Assembly: GCF_036321535.1 (NCBI RefSeq)
Contig: NC_087437.1
Location: forward strand, 88,972,001 to 89,036,000
Length of the DNA stretch: 64,000 bases
Direction: 5' to 3'
Origin: Camelus dromedarius
Taxonomy: Eukaryota
Shown here one piece after another: positions 38,719-51,825 of this stretch; position 1 is the first letter of the stretch; the number at the start of each line of letters is the position of its first letter. The notes below the pieces were generated by a model, which saw nothing but the letters and a program-made list of their open reading frames with translations, made no database searches and was not told the origin of the DNA. The translations under genes and the position numbers were made by a program.

Positions 38719-39465
38719 TTTTTAAAAAAATTTATATAATTTTTAAAGATTACTCTCCACTTACAGTTATTACAAAATATTAGCTATATTCCTCGTGTTG
38801 TACATTACATCCTTAAGCCTATCTTAAATTTAATAGTTTGTATCTCCCACTCCCACACCCCATAATCTGTGTGTCAGGTTTTTTTTGTTGTTATACTCAC
38901 TAGTTTGTTGTATTATTTAGATTCTACATATAGGTGATATCATACAGTATTTTTCTTTCTGTGGCTTATTTCACTTAGCATAATGCCTTCCAGGTCAACT
39001 CATGCTGCAGCAAATGGCAAAAATTTTTTTCATGGCTGAGTAGTATTCTATTGTAGATGTATACATCTTCTTTATCTTCATCTGTTGATGGACACACTTA
39101 GGCTGCTTCCTTATCTCAGCAGTTACAAATAATGTTCCTGTAAACATTGGGGTGCACATATCTTTTTGAATTAGTGGGTTTTTTAAATTTTTTTCTGATA
39201 TATACCCAAGAGTGAAATTTCTGGGTCATAGGGTAGGTCTGTGTTTAGTTTTTTGAGAAACCTCCATACTGTTTTCCACAGTAGCCACACCAATTTACAT
39301 TCCCACCTGCATAAGGGTTCCCTTTTCTCCTTATCCTTGCCAACATTTGTTATTTGTAGACTTTTGATGATAGCCATTCTGACAGGTGTGATGTGACATC
39401 TCATTGTGGTTTTGATTTGCATTTTCCTGATGATTAGTGATGTTGAACGTCTTTTCATGTGCCTG
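38719..39465 (-). mobile_element. 5'-truncated L1 (ORF2 end plus 3'UTR)
   Basis: ORF 39183-39488 (HMKRRSTSLIIRKMQIKTTMR...WKTVWRFLKKL...PYDP) is the L1 ORF2 C-terminus; degenerate TSD caa..gtagttctt at 38701-38714 and 39466-39479. Confidence 0.92.
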
Positions 39466-39789
39466 CAACCGTAGTTCTTAAACTGCAAGCCAAGGAACTC
39501 CAGAGAGATAGTTTTTGCAAAGATTCATTGATCCATAGTTAGGCCAAATATCTACAGATAAAAATGTATATTTTATATACTTACATAATTGTAAACTCAA
39601 TGAAGGGACCGTTGTCAGCATGATAGTTGTGTGAATTAATGAATAAATGAAAGTTTTGTGGCAAATTAACATTAAAAATTAAATTGAAAGTGTGAATTCG
39701 TTATGCCTGGTAGAATTGTGCTACTATCACTTAGAGGTCTAATATTTATATTTAATATTACAATGCAATTTTATATTAAAAATCACAAT

Positions 39790-39964
39790 TTTCAGTTCTC
39801 AAACTGTAGTGTCCTGAGGGATCACGTTGGGTATTTACAATAAAGATTTCACTGCCTAGTCCCTGAGACTGTGATTCAGAAGTTTGGGGAAAATGCTTTT
39901 ACAGTAAGCCTTCTAGAGAATTCTGATGCATGTGAACTTTGGACCCTGGTTTTAAAAACAGCAC
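39790..39964. mobile_element. hAT-Charlie MITE (MER5-like)
   Basis: 'cagttctcaaactg...tgattcagaagtttgggg...gaattctgatgca...ttttaaaaacagc'. Confidence 0.6.
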
Positions 39965-42699
39965 TTAAATGCTGGGAACAACTAGACACTTGGGAGATAT
40001 AATGAGATTCTTGTCTAAAGAAGAGACAACAGCATTATAGCCAAATAATAAGCATTTCCAGTCTATTAGTAAGATAATGTTCAAAACAGTTGTCACCAAA
40101 AACTACAAAAAATCTAGTGTAATTTAGCAATAAGAATTAGTGTCTGGAGGACTAATATCATGCATAAAAACACGCTCTATGTGTATGTGTGTACGTGTAT
40201 GCACACATATATATGAATACACATGCATGCATGAGAAATTACTCGAAGGCGTTCTTGAAAATAAATTATTATAATTGCTTTTGTTTTTGCTTGTTGTATT
40301 GTCAGCAGGAGGGCACTAATCACATTGTGCATTTCCTTTGGATGTCCTTCTTCTAATTTACTGTGAGAGGTAAATAAGGATTAAAAGCTGAGTGATTAGT
40401 ATTTTGGAAAAGTCTTGAAAATTTTAGATATAGCCATTTTTACAGAACTGCTCAAATCAAATCCTAAACAAATAAAGGATGAGGTTGTAATTAAACACCA
40501 GCAACCTCTCCAGTGAGGCAGAATTTAAATGCTATAAACACATAACACTTTTTTTGTAGTTACTGCTTTTGAGGTTTCTGTTGTTTATTTTCTGCCCTCA
40601 TGTCTTCTCTGTTTTCTTCACATCCTGGCTTGCAGCTAGCAGGAGACACTCTCGAGCAGTGATGTGATTTCGCCCCTGACCCTTGCTGTGACTGTAGATT
40701 TTGTAATCTAAGTCAATTTCACTCACAGCAGGGGCATTGGTGAAGTATTTCAGTTCTGAACCGCAAATTGGTTAAACTCTTCAGTTTGGGGTATCCAAGG
40801 GATATCCATGAGCAACCAACTTTCATAAATCCAAACAAAAGTCTTCTAGTCTCAGTATGACAACTATATGCTTCATATGCTCAACTGTGATACAGAGATT
40901 CTTCTAATCTTCAGACTCAGATATATTTAGATCTTAGTTATCTGATCACTTTTATTATTGTCTGTGATCCAAACATTGCTTTACAGGAATATAAACTTCC
41001 CATTCTCTAAGAAGCTGAATAATAGCCCGACATAAAGTATGGGGCAAGATAGTGTACAAATTTCAAATTTGTGACATTGCAAATATCCATCATGTAGACA
41101 AATCAAGTATAAGCTGGCTCATGTCTAAATGAAACTCCGAAGCAACCTTAATCTAAGTTCCTGGATAAAAATAACTCAAGATTTCATGGAACAGTGTTTC
41201 AAATAAGAAGTAGAATAGTTTATGCAGAGCATGAGTCCAGGGGCTGCTAGAGAACATAATGATATGAATTGGGCTGTATGTGGGACAACAGGAAATGGTG
41301 GGGCCAGTGACAAATTGGCTAATTCATGGTTCTCCTAAGAAAAATTAACTCAGAAATAATTAACATACATGTAACAATACTGTGACTACAAAGAAAACAT
41401 GTGTGGATTTAATTTGGTCTATAAGATAGACCATTATATAATCTCTCATTAGAGTTAGATTTAGGAACTACTCCCCACCCCCAACTCTCCACCCCCAGAT
41501 TTCCCCCCTTTCTGAAAGCTTTGGTTGAATATTCTGTATTCCAACACAGGTGCATTGTCTGCAGCTCTGTAACCCTTTTCAGATAAGTATGTTATTCTGA
41601 TTAGAAACTGTTGTCCAACACGTAATATTAAATTTGGTGATTTAAATTCAGAAAAGATAATGAATGAACCCTCCTTGATATCTGCTATATTAGAAGGCAC
41701 TGGATAAACTGCAGACCCTTCTATTAATGCTTTAAGAAAACATGTGATTTCTCCTCATTTTAAAACCCAGTTGACATGGTTTTCTCTTGGTAAGGCCCTG
41801 ATGCACTGGGTTCAAATGTCTGTGCGCTCCAGCCTGAGAGGGTTCTGTAGAAGTTTGCCCACCATGATTTTGGAGCTCTTACAAAAGAATACACTGTAAC
41901 ATAAAACTAAATTCTTTGTGAACAAAATGAGAGATAAGTCCAGATGGAACTGAGCTTTAAAAGCTAACTACAGTACGTATATGTGGAACTTAGTTCATTC
42001 TTTGAATATGCCATGAAGCTTAGTGGTCTAGAGTTTACACTTTTACTTCATGATTAGGTGAGACAGACTTCATACTTGAAAATTTGAGAGAAAAATTTCA
42101 TTACTCTTAAGTTAAAGTAGACCTTAATAAAATAGAGTTTTTCAGAAAATAAAATATTTTGCTATTTAATTTGAATTGTGATTAATGTTCAAACCCATTG
42201 AAGTGATTTGGTCAGAGTAGCATAGAAATTTTTGTTTGATCTACATTGCTTAATTTGCTTTATCTACGGAAAAAACACAATATGGTGATGCATCCAAACC
42301 ACGTTCATATACTTTTTTAAGAACAGACATTGAAATGACCTTATGGGCTGGGAGTATCAGTAACTAGACCTGATAGTTCCTTATGACCAGTCTATGAATT
42401 TGGAGGGTAAAAGGACTTGAAATTATAAGCAGAAGTATGAATTCTCTGTATCTAAAGAGAAAACTCTCCTTTATACAGGAGTGAAGTAGGTTTTTCTCCA
42501 AAGAGCTGAAAATATTTTTGCCATTTATAAAAAAAAAAAAAAAATCTACTCCTAGAGGCTTCTCTCTGGCTTGTGTATCAGAAACATATAGTTCAAGGAG
42601 ATTGTTGCATTCCATCTCTTTCCCATCCAGTTTCTATTTTATCCTCTCTGTAGCTTTCAAATGATCATTTCCCAATTCCCAGAGAGAATAGCTTTAGAC

Positions 42700-42786
42700 A
42701 CCATGATTGTGTTTTCATCAATATAACCAGCACAGAGTGCCTGGCACATAGTTAATGCTCAATAAATATGTGTTGAAGGAATGAAT
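42700..42786 (+). mobile_element. L2 3' tail
   Basis: 'cagcacagagtgcctggcacatagttaatgctcaataaatatgtgttgaaggaatgaa'. Confidence 0.85.
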
Positions 42787-43874
42787 TGGAAGTCACTCAT
42801 CTGCCACACATGCACCAGAAGTAGAGGTAAAATGCTCAACAAGATTGGCCAAGTGCATTGACTTATTTTCCCTGAAAATTGCCCAGAAGATAGAATTTTA
42901 AAATGTTAAAAATTGTTCTAATACAGCTGGGTCTGCTGGTGGGGTGCCAGGTAGGGACAACACATCTGATTTTCTCACATAAAAAACATTGTCCATTTTG
43001 CATGTAGTTAAACAAAAAGTGTGAGTTTTGAAAAGTAGATCAAGTAAAACCTTTGGATTATTCTCTGGTATGCTGGTAATTTCTCCACTTAAGATAAAGT
43101 TAGAATAAATAGCAGAGTCTTGTGTAGGTCTGGGTGATTTATATATTACATTTTAAATTTGTGAACATACTGTGAAAATTTCCCTAAAATGTTTTCTAAC
43201 TAAGCACTACAATGATTAAATTAAAGATTTTAATGAAGAAGATTGTAATATTGTCTTTACAGAGACTGGTGAATTATTAGTTAATGTATTTTTTCTCAGT
43301 TATCTGTGGGTTAAAAAAAGCTTATAATATTTAACAAGGTTATATCCACTTTGAATATGTGGTTGATTTCTTATTCACATAAAGTAAGTCAAGGGAATGC
43401 AGAAAATATGCTGATGGCTGTTTTTTGAATGTTCATGTTACTGAATATTAATAAAATTGTTTGATCTAAAGGTCAAAAACATTTTTTTTTAATTTCCAAA
43501 ACTTTCTAGAGCTGTATGCATTTTTAATCTGGAAAAAGAAACAATATATGGAAAATATTTAGCTGTTTGGGAAAAACAATTGCCACATAATACAACAGTC
43601 ACCCTCACTCAGCTGTCATATAATACACTGAAGTGGTTACCAAAACAAAATGGTTTAATTTTATTTGTTTGTTATTTGCACATAAATATTTTCCACATGA
43701 ATAATGTCAAAATATCTTCTGATTTTAGCAGAAGCTTACAAACAACATTTCTTTCTTTTTCCATAAAAATCTTAACGTGTAAGATTTACTGAGAGGTTCT
43801 TGCTGAAACATGAAAGTTAAGGTGAAGTCTATTCAATCATTTACTCAGGTAAGATGTCACAATTTACAACACTG

Positions 43875-44318
43875 TGTTAACTGAAAAATAAAAAGCACAA
43901 CTTAAAAGTTCTGGGTCAAGTTTCTTCAGGGTCTTACTGAGGACTGTAGCCCCGGAAACACCCTCTCAGAGAGCCCTAAGAAACTTCTCTGAAGAGGTAA
44001 GGGGAGAAGACAGTGTATATGTGATTTTGGTGAAGGAGGTACATGCAACCAAGTACGTATCTCACTAGGAAGTTGCTGCTAGTCATGAGGAGTTTTAGTG
44101 CTTTTCTGGGAATGGGAAGATGCAAGGATCTAGGTTCATAAAAAATTTCTGATGAAAATATCTAAGTATCTGAAGGTCTCTTCTGGAGGTTTTCCCAGAA
44201 CACAGAGGGCCTCATTCCGCCCTGAAATCCTTTCAGAGCGTGTTGAGAGTCAGCGATAGCAGTGGCTAAAGACCTAATTCTCGTAGAACAGGTGGCAAGT
44301 AACGTTCCTGAGTTGGCA
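43875..44318 (-). mobile_element. ERV1 solo LTR, MER41-like (laurasiatherian type)
   Basis: TG...CA ends with short inverted termini (tgttaact / agttggca), 4-bp TSD actg/gctg; 'actgaggactgtagccccggaaacaccctctcaga...gaagaggtaaggg' matches my recollection of MER41_BT-type LTRs. Confidence 0.75.
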
Positions 44319-45016
44319 GCTGCATTTACAATATTCCCTCCTGGGAATAATTTTTTTTCAAGGACATGTGAGTATAAATTGAACAGGAGTTACAGGATTC
44401 TAGAGTTTGGTGAGGCAACTGAGGAAACTGGATTCTTAATATAATAATCTTAACTAAGAAATAATCTGCAGGTGCTTAGAAAGCTATTTTTGCCCTTCAT
44501 ATTCAGAGATAATCCACTGTCAGCGTGTATGTTGAGATATTTCTGGGATGATTATCTCCCAGTAGATTTTCAAAGCACTGATTACAATCTCCTATCTTTT
44601 CTTCAAGCATCAACTGCCCCCCCAACCCCCCAATTTGTGTTCCAAAGACAGCTGGTGAGAACTTGTGAATCGTATCATAATTTTCAAAATCAAGCTCATA
44701 GGTTTGGTGTCATTAGAACCATATTCTAGCAAATTGAAACGTAGCAAAGGTAAATATAAGTAAAATCTCTTTTAACGGTTATAAGATCAACCTCTTGATT
44801 TTCTTTTATTAATTGTGGCTCAATTTTGAAGTTAAAGGATTACCCATCTCTTGACTAAACAGAAATGTATTTATAAACATCTTTTATTATATATTGGCCT
44901 CTTGTCAGCTCTCTATACATCAAGTGGTCATTGGATTACAACATTATTCGGATCTGAAAAGTTTATTTAGAATATATTTTCTTTCATCTGGCAACTTTTG
45001 AAAGCAATAGTTGATA

Positions 45017-45092
45017 AAAAAACAACTCTAGTTTTTCTTCTGCCTAGTATTGTCTATAATACTAGGCAGAAGAAAAACTAGAGTTGTTTTTT
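45017..45092. repeat. Perfect inverted repeat: 35-bp arms, 6-nt spacer
   Basis: 45017-45051 aaaaaacaactctagtttttcttctgcctagtatt is the exact reverse complement of 45058-45092; spacer gtctat. Confidence 0.97.
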
Positions 45093-46689
45093 ATATTCTT
45101 AGGAGAAAATGATCAAAATGATTTTTAAACTGAACCTCTGAATTGTTTCACATCCAGAACTGGCATGGAAGACCCCCTCATCATCAAGAGGAGTAATAAA
45201 GGCAGTATTTGCAACAGAAACAAGAGCAATAATTTTCAGTCTAAATTAAAGCTATAGCATCAAGACTTTGATAAGTATGTAGTCTCCCTTGTCCTCATGC
45301 AAGGTAGCTTTTTGGATTTGATGTAAACATTTTAAACTCCTGTGTTTTTCCATATGTAACTAAACATCAAAACAGGATCAAAAGATCACTTCTCATTAAA
45401 TATTTGCCTGCTGGTCTTTTAAGTATATAACTTGTCGGCATGTATAAAGTTATAATATGTAAAATGAGAAATGTAAATAGTATATGCTCATCTCTGTTCC
45501 TAGGGAGTTCTGTGAATAAATTTCCATTAATCTAGTGTCAAATGCACCCTAAAGTTGTATAATTCATGCCCTTTCTGGATGAGTTTAATAAGAAATAATC
45601 TGGTATTTTTCATTTTCTTTCCTCTCCCTCCTCCAATTGCACTTCTATAGAAGTCTTAAATGTTTATGTATGTATCTGGTTATGCATATTGTAAACATCT
45701 GTCAACTCAGTAAAACTCATTGCAGGGTAGTCATTATTTTGAAGGAAAACTGAGCTCATCTCAATGAAACTAAGTTTAAAAACTGCTTCAATCTAAAATT
45801 AGAGAAATACCCAATCAGAAATTTGGTTTTTACTTCGTTGATTGGACCAGGATGCCACTAGGGAAAAATAATTTATATCCTTTTACTCTTACAAATGTCT
45901 TTAAAGGATGTTGTGCATATATATTTCTAAAAATCTGTGTTGGTGTATATAGAAAGAGCATCATCAGTAAATGCCATACCTGGATTCTGAGGAACAACTG
46001 GGTGTGGTGGGGTTATAGTCTGCATTGTTTATGTATGTCTGTCCTATTCAGGTATCATGGGAGCCAAGTAAAGGTGTACTGTTTCCCTTCGAAGGTGAAT
46101 GCAAATTGCACCTGGGAGGCTGTTGAGACGTCGAGCAGAACACATTAGCCAAATATCACAGCAAAGTATCTTCTAATGGCCAATTGAATGGAATTTGTTA
46201 TTTTAATAATGTGTGGGATTAGAGGTTTATAGGAAGCACTGTGGAACTGTGATCATTCATAGTCAGGTACCATACATTTTCATTGTGTCTTAATTGGACA
46301 ACTGAAGGGGAAAACCGTTGGATTAATTATCCCTTCCTTTAGGAAGTTTCATAGCCTGAGTTATAATTTGTTAGCTTTCATTAGTTGATGTGGTTGGGTT
46401 GCTATGGCAAATTTAGAGTTCCATTTAGTAAGATATACCCCTAGGGCTAAAAATTTAATTATAAATAATTTAATGCATCTGGTTTGAGGCTTAAATATAA
46501 AGCCAACTATTTCCATTTTCCTTTATTATGCAACCTTATCCCAAACTTTGAATTTCACTCTAGGATTTTTATTGGCAAAACCACATTGGATCATTATTTC
46601 AGTTTTTTTCTTGTAGCAATTTTACCTTTACCATTTTAATTCAGTAGATTTTAGGATAATTTTTATTGTAGTTTTTTCTTCTTTGTGGA

Positions 46690-47575
46690 ATCCCAATGAG
46701 GACCAAAATTTTGCGAACTAAGGGAGGATTGTAAGCCCAACACCTGACCCCGTAGATCCGTACCATTGAGGTCTGAATGCCACGTAGCAACTGGTGACCA
46801 CCTAGGGGATCCACCATTCCTTAATGTGCAATATTCTGAAAATACAGGAATCAATGCCTGGTTAGACTGACCACAGTGGCCCTATATTTCCTAAGCAACT
46901 CAGCCTCTATTCCTTTTTTATTTTCCCATCTCTACACAAAGTTAGCCTCTTTGCCACTTTTCCTCACTCATAAGGGCTAACTCAGGTTGGACAAACTTAA
47001 GACTGCTAGAATCTAGCCATCCCAACATAAAGAGGCACAGCCCGGAACACAAGCACACAAGCTCAGCAATTGGTTGATCCCATTCAGGCCCACTGAACTG
47101 TGAGTAATACACTGAGTAAATCAAGAGGGAGAGATTGGAGATCTCACCCCCAGGGTCATTGCCAGGGCATCCCACTCACAGTGCCAATTATTTTATTAGG
47201 GTGCTTAGCATCCTCTGCTGGATGCTGGGCAGTGTGCCTCTCCAAAATTTACAGTTAGGATGAATGGTACATATGCACCAATGGATAGCAAATAGAAAGA
47301 AAGACAACAAACAACCAAAGAATTCCCTCAGGAAGGCTCAAATGTGGTCTGGTGTGAACAAAGCAGGTAGGGAGTGTGGTCTTACAGGCAGGTGTCTCTG
47401 GTTTTTATGGAGGTTAAAAAGTGGGGTCCAGAGGGACAGAGTGCATGATTTGAACTTCTGCATAGCCAAGGGAGACTTTTTTACTACCTTGCTCACATGT
47501 GGAGACAGGGGGAAGGAAAGGAGGGGTGTGCATGAAAAGCGTCAAAGGTCAACAAAAATGGACTCAGGCTCTTAA
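46690..47575 (-). mobile_element. Class III (ERVL/S-like) ERV remnant: LTR (~47190-47575), tRNA-Ser PBS (47169-47186) and leader
   Basis: 47169-47186 atcccactcacagtgcca matches the tRNA-Ser(CGA) 3' end atcctgctcacagcgcca (recalled) at 15/18; GC-elevated flanks; TATA-like cataaaaac on the minus strand near 47401-47409. Outer boundaries uncertain. Confidence 0.5.
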
Positions 47576-47699
47576 TTATACTTTCTAGTCTTAAGTTTTT
47601 GAAATTATACTGCAAAACAATTTACATCTTTTAAACATCCAGGAATTACCAAAAGCCAGAACTATAACTGTGAAGTACTATAGAAACTTCTGAAATGAT

Positions 47700-49170
47700 A
47701 ATATATCATTACTAATAGAATCTAAGCTTCAGGAAGGAAAGAAAATCAATCTTTTTCCACCTGTCATAGTGCTTGATATAGAGAAATAAAACAATCTTTT
47801 TAAATAAATGAATGAGAGTTTGGGGAGCCTCTCATAGGAAGTGCTTTTTGAACTGATGCCTGCAGTTATTTGAAGAGCAGGGCAATATTTAGACAGAGGA
47901 GAAGGCCTTTAAGCAGAAAGGACTTGGAATTTGAGGAGAGCAGAAAAGAGGTCATTATGTTTGGAAGATGGTGACTGAGGGAGAGAGTTTAATGAATTCA
48001 AAGTCGAGCGGTAAACAGAAACCAAATAATGCCGAACGTATCAGGTGATGAGTAGATTACATTATACTCTAAAAGCAATGAAAAGTCATTTTAAGTTCAA
48101 CTCAGGAAGTGACACGATGTACTGTGAAAGAATATTCTGTCTCTTCTATGATGTGCAAAATGGAATGCAGGGGGTCAAGTAGAAGTAAGAAGATATATGA
48201 GTGGAGAAAAAAGGTATGAGTTGAGTGATCGTAGTGAAGATGGAGGGAGTGGTAGTGATGGGGATGGGGAGAAATGGGAAGATGTAATGTATATTTTGAA
48301 GCTAAACCTTAAAGTACTATAAGTAAAGATGGACTGGTTTTGGGAAAAGAGAAAGTGGCATTACTTCTAGATTTGTTGGCTTGAACCACTGGATATATGG
48401 GATGCTACATATGGGAAGGGGGAAAGCTGGGATGGTAGAGGAATTCATTGGGTTGGGGTAGGATAAACTTTTAGAAATATTGATATTGAAATGTCTTAGT
48501 GTGAAGTATTAAGAAAGAAATTGAATATATGAGTCTTGAGCTATGTTTTGAAATTTCAAAATGTTGGTGTTATATAAAGTCTTGTCAAAGTTTAAAGCCT
48601 TCATGAAATTACCTGAACTAAACTAAAAGAGAAGAGACGCTAAGACTGAGTTCTGGATACTCAAAATTTAAAGTAATAGAAAGACAGCCAAAAAAGGAGA
48701 GTGAAGCAGGTATTCTGGAGAAAGAGCCAATGAAGTAGAATAAAAACTTGAAGAATATGATGTAATAAAAGCCAAACAGGAGAGGAAGATGGATACTAAG
48801 GAATGAAGAAAGGTATTCATAATATAAATTAGATAGTGTACGTAATCAGATAATATAAGTATCTATTAATCAGATAATGTAAGTAGGAAGACAGTCAAGC
48901 TAGAAAAGGAGACTTAGCTTGATGGAGTGGAGAGTGGCTTTTAGATAGAGTTGTTCGAGGCATCTCTTCAGGGAGATGATTTTAGCAGAGATCTCGATAA
49001 TGTGAGAGGACAAGTCCTGTGAAGACCCAGAGCGAATGATCTCCGGGTGAAGGGGAAAGATGCCATGAAAGCTGATAAGGGCACAAACTTGAGATGTTGA
49101 AGAAAAGCAGCATGTCCAGTAAGGCTGGAGCTGAAGAAAAACTGGTCCTAGAGGTAAACAAAGTCATTAG
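47700..49170. mobile_element. Cluster of decayed L2 fragments (short + tail ~47700-47815, longer - pieces to ~49170)
   Basis: 'tagaatctaagcttcaggaagg...aataaatgaatga'; then purine-rich antisense L2 phrases ('gatggggagaaatgggaagat...tatattttgaag', 'ggcttttagatagagttg...ggcatctct'). Confidence 0.6.
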
Positions 49171-51825
49171 GTATATTGTATACTGTGAACATTGTATCTC
49201 ATGGCAAAGAGTCGGTGTTAATCAGTGATGCTTTTCAGGATCATATAAATAATGAGTTAAAGAGCATCGGGAAATTTTCCAAAAGTGTATAAAATTATGA
49301 CAAATTCTTCTGATATTTCTAACAGATTTGACTCTTAATGATTTTAGAGTAAAAATCAATGCCTTAATTTTACCATATTCACTTCAAAAGTAGAAGACTG
49401 AAAGATAGATATAAAAAGAGATATTTGAATTCATGGGAAGTAGATTGGGAGATTTTTAGAAAATCTTATTTAGATTTAATTTAGATTTGTATTTAAATAT
49501 TTAAAAATCATTATTATGAGGATAAAGACTATATAAAACATAGAAGTTTATTTTGTAATTTGCAGGGGGCATAATGACAGCTTGTGCTAGGTAGTAAGAA
49601 ATAAGCTTCTCGCTGAATTTTGAAAGTAGAACTTACAAGAAATACTGATGGATTGAATATGGAAGTTGAAGGAATTAGGTTAGTGTTGGAGAAGGAAAAA
49701 CACTTTGGATAAAGTGCTTTGTATTAGATTTATTGACTAGTATATTTTTGATTTTCTAATATTCAGAAAAGTGCTTTGTTGTGCTTTGGAGAAAGCACAA
49801 CACATGCTTATTACATGCAATAAAATATCACAAACAGGGCTTGAAAATATTAATGTTCTTACTATGTTAAAATATTTAAATAAAAAGGAATAAAAAAATC
49901 AAAAGTCTTGAAGATAATTTTTTCAACTTTCCTTTTTTATTCTTAAAAACAAAACAAACAAAATAACAAAAATCAAAGTCTGTTCATAGACCCTAAACAT
50001 AAATATATGTGCTTATATACTAATGCTTATTATAAAATAAAGTTAATATGCTATTTCTACCACTAAGGGTAAAGATTGCAGCAAGTTAATCATATAAAAT
50101 ATGGATGTAAGAAAAGGTGTGTAATAAAATATAAAATTGGGTGTATTTTCTGTGAAGGATCATTTATAGCTTATAGTTTCACATGTATATTTAATATATC
50201 TATATCTCTTTAAGTCTTTTAGCTATCTTTGGAGTAAACATGGTAAAATTAAGACACTGTGTTTTATTCTAAAAACTTTTAAAAGCCAAATCTGTTAGAA
50301 TTATAAGAAGGATTCCCCTTAATTTTATACACTTTTGGAAAATTACCCAAAACTATTTGTTTTATCTAATCCTAAAAAGCATCATTTATTAATATAACAT
50401 GTTTTTACACCTTGGTCTATAAATAACTAAAAACAAATAGCTTTCTTTGATTTTGGGTTAAATAATTGGAATATTATTCTCTAAATCTTCTGGTCCTAAA
50501 ATGTAGAAGTGTCAGAAGTATAGAAAATTAAAGGGTCTGGCCGGTTAATGATATGGAGGCTAAATGAAGATCTAGGAAAAGATCAGATGTCACTTGATAT
50601 TAACAACTGAATGGATATCCAGGTAACTGTTGCTAAACATTTATGAAACACAAAACATTTGATCTTTTAGGATGAAAATAAATGATCTCATATTAATTCT
50701 TTCAAAATAACTTGCACAAAATAAATAAGTACCAATTTGCGTAGATATTTGCTCCCTATTTTTCACTCTCTTTCTCTTCTCCAAGTCTTTAAAACCACAA
50801 ATGGACCCAACACAATTTTAAGACAGCTCCAGGAGGCATATCAATTTCTCTTTCCATGTACCTTTGATAAGTTTTGGAGTTTTCATGCTCCCTGAAATCA
50901 CACCTAGATTCTCTTGTTCCCTCTCCACCCCCAGAATCCAGTTCTCAGCTGCTAAACACATCTGGAAAAGACTAAAACAAATATTGTACATTTAAGGGAC
51001 CAACGAGCCTAAGAACTGATTACTTCTCTCTTTTCTTCTCTGCTGTTGACCTTGCCTATCTATTTGTATTTCTTTGTAGCTTCTCATTTATATTTCCTAT
51101 TGATTTTCCTACATCCTCAGTCCCTGCCTTCCATCTCCCAAGAGAATGCCTTCTTGAATCTACCTGTCTTGCTTTTGTTAATCGCTTTCTTTGTATGTTG
51201 ATCTTGGAAGGCTCTCTTCACTTAATCTGAGCCATGCATAATGATATGTAAATATTTGTGTACAAAATACTATTTTGTATATAAAGTATGTTAGTATGCA
51301 CCTCAGTAGACATTAGTAAGTAAAAGAAAGTGTCGTTGAGAGGACTTGAAAGAAAGATTTGAAGTTTTAAGCCATAGAAGGAAAAAAAATATTTAAAAAA
51401 TTAAAAATGCAACCTATAATAAATGGAATAGCTCCATAGTGTGTACTAGCTCCCTTCACTCTGTCATCAATACTCAAATAGGTTCATTTTAATTGATCTC
51501 CGTTTTTGGTCAGTAGTACCATGGGATGTTAGATTAAAGCAGAGGAGCTACTTTCGCTTCATGCTGCATCTTAATCCTTTATCCGCATGAACCTCTACAC
51601 AATGGCAGTTTTTCATTTGGAAAGTTTCTTTTATCTTTTATTTTTTCTACTATTTTAAGATTTAGGTATTTAATACCACCTTAACTATCACTAGTCTTTT
51701 CCTTTTGATTCATTATGCACTCTGCCTCCTACATAAAAATGTATTCTGAGAGAAGAGGACACCGAACATACTCTCAATACTAAACTCATGAATTCTAAGA
51801 TAAAATTATAAGAAATATTTCTATT

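Noticed and set aside
48843..48885. 19-bp direct repeat taatcagataat(a/g)taagta with a 5-nt spacer
   Set aside because: Only two units; an ordinary local duplication, not CRISPR-like.
49777..49802. 11-bp stem with GGAG loop (tgttgtgcttt / aaagcacaaca)
   Set aside because: Short, AT-rich and without supporting context; intrinsic terminators are not relevant in mammalian DNA.
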